Sequence record: LC765218.1
Length of the DNA: 64,000 bases
Strand: one strand, 5' to 3'
Shown here piece by piece: positions 39,295 through 48,327 of the stretch. Within the stretch, counting starts at the first letter, position 1; each line of letters starts with the position of its first letter. The translations under genes and the position numbers were made by a program. The notes beneath the pieces were generated by a model. The model had not been told where the DNA came from. It did no database searches and saw only the letters and a program-made list of their open reading frames with translations.

Positions 39295-42200
39295 TCACCG
39301 CAAATATGCGGGAACATTAGATTTGGGTTTAAGGGGTATCTCGAAATCAACTGTCGGAATCTCGATGTCGAATTTTTCGAATGCTTTCTGAAGAACACTA
39401 TGGATTACTTTGTTCTCATCAAACTGTGTTTCATCACCATAGTCTTCCATTGCCTCTCCAATCTCAAATGGAGACTTGATACCCATAATCGCTTCTACTT
39501 GATCCTGACTCCATTTAAGAATATCAGCCGATCGGGTAGAGATATTTGGGATATCCCCAGTATCGAGAGAACACTGGTAAACAACAACTTGAGAATCTTG
39601 ACCTAAACGATAAGCACGAGATATAGCCTGTTCCAGAATATAAGCTCTGAATGGACTATTCAATAGAATCAAGGTATCTGCCATTGTCAGGCGAACAGCC
39701 GTCGATAGAGAAGCATATGTAGCATTGAGTGGATTTAGATCCTTACCCGAATCAAAGCGTTTAACGATTTCAGCCAGTTCATTAGTAGTCTTCCCATAAA
39801 CGGCTAGTGGTTTCATACCTAGCTTAACACAATGTGCATCTGCTGCTTCCACTGCTTCAACAAAGCTAGTAAACATAATCGTCTTCTTGTGAGTAGATTC
39901 TGTAATACCAACCCAGTCGACATACGGGACCATTGCCACGTGGCACTCAATACGTTTACCACCTAACACACGTCCAAGACATTCACCTTGAATCTTAAGG
40001 TTAGTATATTTAATAACCGATTTGATGTCTCTGAACTCATGGATGAATTGCTTTGGAAGGGAAGGTCCAAATACTAATTTCTCGTATTGGTTCGTTGCTT
40101 TAATTTCCTCTCCTGCAAAGCGTGGATCAGGGATCTGTTGAACATACTTGACCAGATCCAAGTACTCTTTGAAGGCTCTTTCCTGTGCGGCTGTTTTGAG
40201 GGTTTTTCGATGGAGTCCACAGAACTCTGCCCAGCGTTTATCATCTTCAGGTCTCCGCTTCTTGTAGTAAGCCCAGCGTTCTTGAATAAATGCTTCCATA
40301 ACCTTTCTAATAGCCGGAAGGGTGAAGTCATCACCATTCGGAATTTTAATTGGATAAGGACGCATGATCGGGGGCTCTAGGTCGAGTTCTTGTTTCTCTA
40401 CCTTGTAGGATACGAGACCTAATCGATGTCTGATTATATCGAGTCCTTTAGATGCTTCTTTACCATACATCTTCTTGAAGCGTTCTTCTACCTGCGGAGT
40501 GAATAGAGGATCTACTATTCGCAGTAAGTTAATCAGTTCAACACCCAATGCTTTTACAGGCGTGCCCGAAGCTAAAAGATTATTACGAGAACCGACCATC
40601 TTTACAATGAGTTGATAAAGTTTAGTCCGTGTAGAGTTAGGGTCATTCATGTTGTGCGATTCATCTAGAATCGTCACAGTACGTTTGCTACCAACTATAT
40701 TACGGTTTCTAAGAAGTTCTACTACCTTATCCATTGCATCGTAATGACAGACGATCCAACGCTGTCCTTTGTAGGGCATATTAGGTTCGAACGTATGCCA
40801 AACTGTTTGCGGCTTATGGAACATCTCTTTCAGGGAATCTAACCAGACTAGATCCAAAGCATTCTTAGGACACATTACAACAATGAGTTCAGCATCAAGC
40901 ATCTCGGCAATAGCTGAAGTAAGATATGTGTTATGTGTCACGACGAAATCATCGGTTACATAAAGGTGATCGGGATGTTCAACCTGAATACATTGACATT
41001 CCACTCGATCTGACAGGTTAACATGTTTCACCTGTAAACGAAGATTATCCGCGTATTGGTGATTGTCGTTGCATCGAGCTATTTTGCGATCAAGGCGGAA
41101 AAGCGCACTGGGGGTATCAAACCGGACAGCTACCCGATAAGACATGTTACCGTACTTCTTGACGCCGTTGTACGTGAATGTAGGCTCTTTGAACGCCAGT
41201 TTGGCAATTCCACCCAGGGAACGAACTAGGTACTGGAACTGCTTGGCTAACATGTAGCTGCAACTGGTGAAACTGAGGTTGCTATTCTCGTCAACTGTAC
41301 CATCCGTGTCCATAAGACCTTGTACAAGAGCCAATCGCTGGGCAGTAGAACTGAACAGGTATTCTTGCGGAATGAATTTAGAAAGGGAATTCGTTCCTAG
41401 CAAATTCATATCTCGAAGAGCACTGATATATGGGTTACGTTCACCTTTCTTGTTGATGACCCCCATGGTAATGGAGTCACGGGCAATAAGATTGAGGTTA
41501 TCCGGGAGAGCTTTACTAAACGTGTCGAATAGCTGAGGATCACCACTGGTAATGGTCACACAACTCGAACTGATCCCACCGGCGCCAAGAATAACTCCGA
41601 GGTTATACGGATCGATCGGTAGATCGACATCCATACCTTCTTCGGACTTACAGAGTTGCACGTAAAGTCGATTCCGGTATGACTTCATAGACATGTAACC
41701 GAACAGGGTGGCGGTGTTGATTACTCGCCAACCATCGCTACCGTCCCTCGTCCAATTATAGCAATAGACTCGCCATAGGTGCTCATCACATGCTTCGGTC
41801 GTGCGACCGTCTTTGAAGGTAACCGTAAAAGTTTGTTTCTTCCCTTGTGGGTAAACGCCGGTGACCTTAGTCGGGGTACCGTCCCAAGCAGTGACCATGT
41901 CACCAACTTGAATATCACCCATACGTTTCCAGCCACCAGGAATTTTAACCATGGCGTTTAGTGGTTGTGCCTTACCCGTACCGGCGGCCGCGGCAATTAA
42001 GTCACCATTTAGATTGTATTGATCTAGCCGATAGGTATAGTTCTTGAAATATTCTAATTGATACGGTTTTGGATCAAATTTTAATCGAGACAGATTAGCT
42101 AGATTAAGTCGCCCTTGTACTGATTTCTCATCAATGGCTTTAGTAGAGGCAAGCCAAGTATTCTGTAAAAGCGCATCTTTAATAGCAGCGATCATTTTTA

Positions 42201-42450
42201 CAGAGGTGTATCGAGAACGGTAATAGACAATGTTTTCCAACATGTACATTACTTCAGGTGCAAAGAACTTATAGAAGCTTAATGAGTTCCGACCAATGTT
42301 GTTGAACAAGTTGGTTGTAATCTTGGAAGTCTTCCAATGCTTACTGATATCTCGGACTATGTCGAAGCCACGAATACCAGAGATGATAATCTCCGTTTCA
42401 GTTTCTTTGACTGTCAAGCCGCCAAATATCGAACGGAATGAGTCTAACAT
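39295..42450 (-). CDS. SF2 (SNF2/DEAD-like) helicase precursor containing an intein (phiKZ gp203-like)
   Basis: Walker A AAAGTGK^T split by the intein, LDESH, ASGTP, motif VI QAISRAYRLGQ. Confidence 0.9.
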   Translation of the reverse strand: MLDSFRSIFGGLTVKETETEIIISGIRGFDIVRDISKHWKTSKITTNLFNNIGRNSLSFYKFFAPEVMYMLENIVYYRSRYTSVKMIAAIKDALLQNTWLASTKAIDEKSVQGRLNLANLSRLKFDPKPYQLEYFKNYTYRLDQYNLNGDLIAAAAGTGKAQPLNAMVKIPGGWKRMGDIQVGDMVTAWDGTPTKVTGVYPQGKKQTFTVTFKDGRTTEACDEHLWRVYCYNWTRDGSDGWRVINTATLFGYMSMKSYRNRLYVQLCKSEEGMDVDLPIDPYNLGVILGAGGISSSCVTITSGDPQLFDTFSKALPDNLNLIARDSITMGVINKKGERNPYISALRDMNLLGTNSLSKFIPQEYLFSSTAQRLALVQGLMDTDGTVDENSNLSFTSCSYMLAKQFQYLVRSLGGIAKLAFKEPTFTYNGVKKYGNMSYRVAVRFDTPSALFRLDRKIARCNDNHQYADNLRLQVKHVNLSDRVECQCIQVEHPDHLYVTDDFVVTHNTYLTSAIAEMLDAELIVVMCPKNALDLVWLDSLKEMFHKPQTVWHTFEPNMPYKGQRWIVCHYDAMDKVVELLRNRNIVGSKRTVTILDESHNMNDPNSTRTKLYQLIVKMVGSRNNLLASGTPVKALGVELINLLRIVDPLFTPQVEERFKKMYGKEASKGLDIIRHRLGLVSYKVEKQELDLEPPIMRPYPIKIPNGDDFTLPAIRKVMEAFIQERWAYYKKRRPEDDKRWAEFCGLHRKTLKTAAQERAFKEYLDLVKYVQQIPDPRFAGEEIKATNQYEKLVFGPSLPKQFIHEFRDIKSVIKYTNLKIQGECLGRVLGGKRIECHVAMVPYVDWVGITESTHKKTIMFTSFVEAVEAADAHCVKLGMKPLAVYGKTTNELAEIVKRFDSGKDLNPLNATYASLSTAVRLTMADTLILLNSPFRAYILEQAISRAYRLGQDSQVVVYQCSLDTGDIPNISTRSADILKWSQDQVEAIMGIKSPFEIGEAMEDYGDETQFDENKVIHSVLQKAFEKFDIEIPTVDFEIPLKPKSNVPAYLR
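40930..41970 (-). mobile_element. class 3 intein (347 aa) with a LAGLIDADG homing endonuclease domain
   Basis: Starts AQPL, ends THN/T; W (HLW), C (CQCIQV) and T (THN) triplet; block E GLMDTDG. Confidence 0.9.
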
Positions 42451-42499
42451 GTGGGTTTATCCTTAAGGGGTAAATTCATAGAATTGGCCTACGTGTAAG

Positions 42500-42680
42500 A
42501 TTTAGAAAAAGATTACTAAAACAGTAATGATATAGTCAAGGCAGTCGCGCATAGCGCTGCACTTTAAGGGGGTGATCCAGCCGATTCTTTAACTTGATAC
42601 GTTAAAGTATTTGCGGGAGCAAAGACGAGTATCTAACTACGGTGCCTTGACGACTATGTTTGGACTCTCTAATCTAAACA
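42500..42680 (+). ncRNA. candidate structured non-coding RNA
   Basis: ORF-free interval with several hairpins, a long closing helix, G-U pairs favouring the plus strand and a downstream TTTATG-tailed terminator. Confidence 0.4.
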
Positions 42681-42716
42681 GACATATCGCCCGGCTCAAT
42701 GCCGGGCTTTATGTTG
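42681..42716. terminator. bidirectional-type terminator
   Basis: GACATATCGCCCGGC-TCAAT-GCCGGGCTTTATGT. Confidence 0.8.
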
Positions 42717-42718
42717 TC

Positions 42719-43672
42719 TCATCGAATCAAACGTAAAGCTGGATTGAATCCACGGCTACTACCATAAGCTGTAAAAGCATTGTCAAGCTGGTGAGCGATA
42801 GATGTGCTAAATCCACGTTGGATACAACGGTTATCTTCAGTAACAGCTTTATAGAAAATATTCAAGCCATTACCTGGAGCTATAGACGATGGTAACTGAT
42901 TACCATAACGACTGCGTTGATAACCAGAATACAACTGTCCAGTTGGGTTTACTGCTGTATTGAATAGACGTTCGAAGGTATCTAAAGCTAGATCATTCAT
43001 CACATGGAGACTTACCATCGCATCAGTAGCATTGGTGTATACTACCTTATCACCATGTGGGATACATCCAACAGCAAAACTATTACCATTCCTAGAATAG
43101 ATCCTACCCTGCATTACAGCTGGATTAGTGAGAGATGATGGCAAAGTACCAACACCGTCTTCTACCGTATCAAGGAGAACACCTGTCCTATAAACATCCA
43201 TGAATGACATTCCAGAATATGGAACTCTGTTCGGGATGTAATACGTTACACCTTTGAACTGTATTTTCCATGCTTCTGTTGGTTGATCAACAGTATTCGT
43301 GAAGTTAGATGGTAAAGCCAAATTTGTTTTAAAATCAGCCACCTCAAAGACATCTTCGATTGGACATGTTCCGAAGTAGCCAATCCACCAGTCACCGAAT
43401 ACGGGAGTTTCGGGACCAGGTCCTTTATTAGTGTAATCAATAATGCAAATAGCTTTTACATCACTCAATACGAAAGAACCTGTATTGTCCGTACCAATAA
43501 CAAGATAGAAATAAGGTGTATCTTTCAAAGCAGTATCGTCTACAAATTCTCGATCAGTAACATCCAGCTGCTTAAAAACAGCTGGAAGATTATTCACATC
43601 AAATGGTTCTGTAGAACGATAAGCTTTTAAGTCAACAATATCACCTGTAACCGAAAAGCCTACTTTAATCAT
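42719..43672 (-). CDS. virion structural protein, paralog 1 of 4
   Basis: N-terminal Fn3-like module (YRS...F.D...YFY), then GPGPETPVFGD..GYFG, C-terminal FNPALRL. Confidence 0.75.
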   Translation of the reverse strand: MIKVGFSVTGDIVDLKAYRSTEPFDVNNLPAVFKQLDVTDREFVDDTALKDTPYFYLVIGTDNTGSFVLSDVKAICIIDYTNKGPGPETPVFGDWWIGYFGTCPIEDVFEVADFKTNLALPSNFTNTVDQPTEAWKIQFKGVTYYIPNRVPYSGMSFMDVYRTGVLLDTVEDGVGTLPSSLTNPAVMQGRIYSRNGNSFAVGCIPHGDKVVYTNATDAMVSLHVMNDLALDTFERLFNTAVNPTGQLYSGYQRSRYGNQLPSSIAPGNGLNIFYKAVTEDNRCIQRGFSTSIAHQLDNAFTAYGSSRGFNPALRLIR

Positions 43673-43680
43673 CGAATCAC

Positions 43681-44631
43681 CTATAGCTCTAGTTCTAGAA
43701 TTGGCATGAATGCAGCCGCGCTATTTACCAGAGTACTGGAAACGTTTATAAGCGCTGCACCTCTGACCAATATAGACTGGGTTTCACCTACGAATGTACG
43801 CGTCATGAAGATACCCGAACCAGGTGCGCCGCCCGTCATTACAACGTTCGTTGAAGTCGAGTTAACGCGTGTTTTAAGGTTAGGCTTATTGATGTTCGAT
43901 GCATATGCAATTAGACGATCCCATGTGAGGCCAAGTAGATCATTAAACTGATCATAGACAGCCTGTCCAGCAGCTATACTTGCGAGTGATCGTTCACCAG
44001 CAAATGTAGGCAGGCCAACTCTGTAACTATGATTCTTAATAATGACAGTCTTACCTTGTTCGGTTGGCGTACCAACTACAGTCTTAACAGGAGCAGGAAG
44101 ATCATCCCAATGGTCTCCGGACGTTGACCAAGCACAACCCGCATTATAGACATCGGCCCAACGTAGGTTATAAGCCACGTAGCGAATTGGCAGCATGAAA
44201 ATGCGCCCATCTACAACGAACTTATGCCAAATGAAATCCGTTACAGGTGGAATTCTAATATCAGTCAAAAGACTGAGTCCACAAAGATCTGTTATTTCAC
44301 CAGGTAATACAAAATCTGGAACCTCACCAAAATAACCTAATTCATAGTCTCCAGAACGAAGGGTATTTGGTCCGAAACCAGTGTAAGGCATGTTAGCAAG
44401 TGCAACCACTTTGGAATAGGTTACATCACCATTTTCAAAATTAGAACCGATGCAGTAATAGTAGACTTTATTTCTAATAGCTGTTGTATCATCGTATTCT
44501 TTGATGTTTCCTTGCACATTAACTAATACACTAGGTAATGTCGATTCATCGAATTTTGTTTCAGAACGAAAAATATCAAATGTGACTGCTTCGCGATCAT
44601 TGGTCAAACCCCATTGTACTTTAATACCCAT
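43681..44631 (-). CDS. virion structural protein, paralog 2 of 4
   Basis: Same architecture: GFGPNTLRSGD..GYFG, WHKF, FMPILEL. Confidence 0.75.
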   Translation of the reverse strand: MGIKVQWGLTNDREAVTFDIFRSETKFDESTLPSVLVNVQGNIKEYDDTTAIRNKVYYYCIGSNFENGDVTYSKVVALANMPYTGFGPNTLRSGDYELGYFGEVPDFVLPGEITDLCGLSLLTDIRIPPVTDFIWHKFVVDGRIFMLPIRYVAYNLRWADVYNAGCAWSTSGDHWDDLPAPVKTVVGTPTEQGKTVIIKNHSYRVGLPTFAGERSLASIAAGQAVYDQFNDLLGLTWDRLIAYASNINKPNLKTRVNSTSTNVVMTGGAPGSGIFMTRTFVGETQSILVRGAALINVSSTLVNSAAAFMPILELEL

Positions 44632-44633
44632 TA

Positions 44634-45620
44634 TTACACCTCAAAGTCAACGAAGTTACCAGGGATAAGTTCCAGTACAGGGAACCAAATGTTTGAACTT
44701 GAGGTTCTACTTGTATGTTGAGGTACAAAAGCCGAAGCTTTCGTTGCACTCGTATTTCGCGAAATATATGCAAAAGCTTGAGTGGTTGGAGTATCTCGTG
44801 TTAGAATAGCTTTATTATTAACACGTGTAGCCTCATTATCACCGGTTACGTTAACTCGTTCCAATGTTTTATTAGCATAGAACTGACTAGTTATACCAGC
44901 TAAAAATAACTCGACGGTACCATTGCTGAGAGATGGGTCAGAATTACCTAATGCAGTCGCCGCGGATGACGATAGATCACTAACAGAATTAGGATCATCG
45001 TGATCAACTAGAACGGAAGGTAAAGATACCTCAAACTCAGATAGAGCAAAGTTAATTCGCTTGCCCTGAGGAACAGGAGTAGTCACACCAGGGACAGTGG
45101 ATGGTACTGCATTCCTACTGTACACTAGACCCGCATTATAGAGGTCCATCCAGTACAGATCACCAGTAGCGATGGAATATTCAGGTACATAGAAAGTCCG
45201 TCCTTTCCATGCGAATTTATGCCAACGTTGACCAGCATTATTAGCGGCGTTCCAGGACAAACCACAACGAGCGATTAGTTCACTGTCCGAAATAAATTCA
45301 ACAGTGGGAAGAGAACCGTAGTAACCATAATTGATGTTACCTGCAACTAAGCGCTGTGGACCAGGTCCAGTGAAAGGCACCGCATGGAACTGGAATACAC
45401 GAGATTTAGCTACATCCCCATCTTTCGATGATTCAAACATGTAGTAGTAAATAAGTCCATATGTAAGCCCTTCGTCAGCATAACCGTCAACGTCACCATT
45501 GACTTCTGCTATTGGTGTACCAGGGTTGTTTCTATCAATCATTGTTGCCGATCGATAAATTTTAATACTTACGGACGCGTCGTTTGGGTTTACCCAACGT
45601 AGATTGATTGTAAATGCCAT
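44634..45620 (-). CDS. virion structural protein, paralog 3 of 4
   Basis: GPGPQRLVAGN..GYYG, WHKF, WFPVLEL. Confidence 0.75.
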   Translation of the reverse strand: MAFTINLRWVNPNDASVSIKIYRSATMIDRNNPGTPIAEVNGDVDGYADEGLTYGLIYYYMFESSKDGDVAKSRVFQFHAVPFTGPGPQRLVAGNINYGYYGSLPTVEFISDSELIARCGLSWNAANNAGQRWHKFAWKGRTFYVPEYSIATGDLYWMDLYNAGLVYSRNAVPSTVPGVTTPVPQGKRINFALSEFEVSLPSVLVDHDDPNSVSDLSSSAATALGNSDPSLSNGTVELFLAGITSQFYANKTLERVNVTGDNEATRVNNKAILTRDTPTTQAFAYISRNTSATKASAFVPQHTSRTSSSNIWFPVLELIPGNFVDFEV

Positions 45621-45632
45621 GTTAAATCATCC

Positions 45633-46583
45633 TCATGTGAAACTAAAGCTATTAATTCTAACTTCAGCTGTTTTATCTATCTTTCGCGATATACTGTTCA
45701 AGTCGATAAGCGTTTCATCTTGTGGGGCATTGCTAATATAAGCAATACTTACAGGAGTTGGTAGTGAAGTAAGCTGAATAATAGGTTGAATTCCACCAGA
45801 GCTGATTTCTGTATTAGTTATAATACTAGCTTCGGCTAAATTACTGTAAGCATTAATAGTCGTTTCTATTGGTACTAGGTGATATTCATCTTTAGGAATC
45901 AGCTCTAATACCGGACGCCAAATACCATTATTCGTTGGGGCATTATTATTTACAGACGTGATACTTGTGTTGTAAAACTGATACATTGGGCGCTGGGCTG
46001 TATTTAATGCCTTTGTCCATGTACCGTTACCAAGACCGATAACACTTGTGGGTCTATTGTCCCAAGACCCATTAGTCACTCGTGTAAATACCTGACCAAG
46101 TTCACTTGTTGGGTCTTCATTATTAGTTGGAGTGAATGGGTTCTCAGTTAGATGACCCATACGGATTCTAAACTGCCAGCTCCCTTCATCGTCAGTAAAA
46201 TGATAGAACTTATCTTGAACGGTATTATATCCACTTGGAATATTTTGACCAATCGTGTTGTCTCCAAATACAAGGCCTTTATCGTAAAGAACCTTCCATG
46301 AGACGTTGGTCATGTAGATAGATAAAGGTGCAAAACAAACCTTACCCATCCAGAAATATTTAACCCATTGTTGATTAGCGAATGAACCTACAATAGAGTT
46401 GGTATAGTCGGCTATATCTGCTTGTTCGATAAACCGTTCACGAAAATAAATATCTTTCGAATCGACTAGACCGAAATACCCAAGTGTCTCATTACCCTTT
46501 ATTAGGAATTTACTTCCTGGTCCAGAAAATGGATACTCTATAGCTTGCTTCTTTTGACTCAATGATAACAGCACTTCAAACAT
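45633..46583 (-). CDS. virion structural protein, paralog 4 of 4 (no N-terminal Fn3-like module; extra C-terminal segment)
   Basis: GPGSKFLIKGN..GYFG, WVKY, WRPVLEL. Confidence 0.75.
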   Translation of the reverse strand: MFEVLLSLSQKKQAIEYPFSGPGSKFLIKGNETLGYFGLVDSKDIYFRERFIEQADIADYTNSIVGSFANQQWVKYFWMGKVCFAPLSIYMTNVSWKVLYDKGLVFGDNTIGQNIPSGYNTVQDKFYHFTDDEGSWQFRIRMGHLTENPFTPTNNEDPTSELGQVFTRVTNGSWDNRPTSVIGLGNGTWTKALNTAQRPMYQFYNTSITSVNNNAPTNNGIWRPVLELIPKDEYHLVPIETTINAYSNLAEASIITNTEISSGGIQPIIQLTSLPTPVSIAYISNAPQDETLIDLNSISRKIDKTAEVRINSFSFT

Positions 46584-46644
46584 ATTAGCACCTTTGCTGT
46601 TAAGGAAGAACTATATGATTGCCTAATAAAAATTATCTTACATC

Positions 46645-46652
46645 TATATTAC
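46645..46652 (+). promoter_or_regulatory. early promoter TATATTAC
   Basis: Exact motif at the head of the plus-strand accessory operon. Confidence 0.8.
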
Positions 46653-46688
46653 CTAAGAGAACATCTTTTCAAAGAAAGGAGAATATCG

Positions 46689-47471
46689 ATGAATATTGCT
46701 GAAAAAGTAAATGAGCTTATTAAGGAACTAGACAATAACAAATTTTATCTCATTCAGTTCAACCAACGAGTTGATGGAGAGTGCCAACATTTCTATCTTT
46801 GTGATGATATGGCAGGAGCGAGGCTCGACCGAGACCATCGGAAAGCAACTCTATTTAACCCGGTAAAAGATGATATTAGTCTCTTCATTAACCTTGGATA
46901 CTGTTTAGTAACGACTCGTACGCATCAGAGTCTTATTAAGTCAGCCAATATGGATCACCCGGCCTGGGTTGGTGATTGGGACGTAGAGCTAGCTCCCTGT
47001 ATGGTCGAATATGATAATTCGCTCCGTTTAGGTTTCACCGTTAGTAAAGAGGGAGATGTTCAAGCCGGTTATGTTTTCCCACCCGTTCATGTGACGGAAG
47101 AGAAACCTATAATCGTTCATGATAAGGAATCCATGGATTCCATCGTTGAAGAACAGCTTAATGCTCGGGTAACTCCAGATTTCTTTGATGGATTCGATAT
47201 TCTGTCTGTCCAAGATATCTTAACCTTGCTGCGTACTTTCAAATGGCAGAATGCTGATAAGGTTAAATGTGCTGGCCAACATGCAGTTCGACAAAAGAAA
47301 GATATGTTGATTTACGAATTCGGCATCAACGGAGTTATCCATATTGATATCTTGAATGAACTATACAGCGTTCTGAAAGAACAAGGTTGGACTGGTGCGT
47401 CTACTGCTGTATCAGGTATGGCCTCTGGTTCTTGGACCCGTCTCATGTTACATCGAAAGGTAGCTGTATGA
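46689..47471 (+). CDS. hypothetical early protein
   Basis: 260 aa, AAGGAG RBS. Confidence 0.8.
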   Translation: MNIAEKVNELIKELDNNKFYLIQFNQRVDGECQHFYLCDDMAGARLDRDHRKATLFNPVKDDISLFINLGYCLVTTRTHQSLIKSANMDHPAWVGDWDVELAPCMVEYDNSLRLGFTVSKEGDVQAGYVFPPVHVTEEKPIIVHDKESMDSIVEEQLNARVTPDFFDGFDILSVQDILTLLRTFKWQNADKVKCAGQHAVRQKKDMLIYEFGINGVIHIDILNELYSVLKEQGWTGASTAVSGMASGSWTRLMLHRKVAV

Positions 47472-47884
47472 GGAGAGTAAAATTCTATTCACGGTTAGCT
47501 GCACAGGCATTGACTGACGAAAGCTACATTATTTCTATTCGCTGTCCCGAACAAGACGTAAAATTTGTACGCGAACACAAAGCTGTATTGGTTCTTGTTT
47601 TCGATGATATTGAAGATTATGTAGATAATCGTTATCAAATGTTTGACTACGTGCATGCTGATAAGATTCTTACATTCATCGATAAGATTCCAGATGGCGA
47701 AACGTTAATCGTTCACTGCGAGGCTGGCGTATCACGTAGTGCAGCTGTGGCTAAGTTTCTTCAGGGTATTGGCTGGGAAATCAAGAAAGATCGTTTTTGT
47801 AATGGTAAATTAGACATGGCTAATGGTCGAGTCTACGGTATGCTTCGTACTGTACATTATAGCCGTTCCAAAAATGAAGCTTAA
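47468..47884 (+). CDS. PTP/dual-specificity-like phosphatase
   Basis: Canonical HCEAGVSRSAA (CX5R); start refined to 47468, which overlaps the upstream stop. Confidence 0.85.
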   Translation: MRRVKFYSRLAAQALTDESYIISIRCPEQDVKFVREHKAVLVLVFDDIEDYVDNRYQMFDYVHADKILTFIDKIPDGETLIVHCEAGVSRSAAVAKFLQGIGWEIKKDRFCNGKLDMANGRVYGMLRTVHYSRSKNEA

Positions 47885-47913
47885 CGATATGTCTATTCAA
47901 AAGAAGGTGTAAC

Positions 47914-48273
47914 ATGGCATTCCCAACATTTGATGAACTTGTCGATATCATCAAAGCTGATGATGTTGACTCCACAGCAGTCGTAGCTGCATTAGAAGCC
48001 GACATGGCAGATGCTGATAAAGTTAAAGCTGGTCATCGCCTGGTCAATGGAACTAGTACTTTTCAGTTCCACGTCCTTGGTCACATTACTGATTCCGACG
48101 TAATCACCAAACTTATTAAAGATCTGGGTGAAGCTGGTTTCATTATTAAAGACCTCAGTAGTATTACTGGTCGCATGCCACCTAATAGCCAGGACCGAAT
48201 CTTCAATGTTGAAGGTGAAGGTAATTCCTCTACAAAGTGGTCTCGTCTGGTAGTCGCTAAGAAACCTGACTAA
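47914..48273 (+). CDS. hypothetical protein
   Basis: 119 aa, AAGGT RBS. Confidence 0.8.
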   Translation: MAFPTFDELVDIIKADDVDSTAVVAALEADMADADKVKAGHRLVNGTSTFQFHVLGHITDSDVITKLIKDLGEAGFIIKDLSSITGRMPPNSQDRIFNVEGEGNSSTKWSRLVVAKKPD

Positions 48274-48302
48274 CATACTGCTCCCTTCGGGGAGCTTTAT
48301 GC
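48274..48302 (+). terminator. terminator
   Basis: GCTCCC-TTCG-GGGAGC-TTTATG. Confidence 0.8.
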
Positions 48303-48327
48303 CATCTCTCATTAAAAGGAAAATCAA

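Noticed and set aside
42568-42586. GGGGGTGATCC resembling a tmRNA 5' end
   Set aside because: No matching 3' T-arm/CCA end and no tag ORF.
42587-42607. Hairpin with a 7-nt loop TTGATAC resembling a tRNA-Ile(GAT) anticodon arm
   Set aside because: No D-arm, no TTCGA T-loop and no acceptor stem at the right spacing. I found no tRNA in the window.
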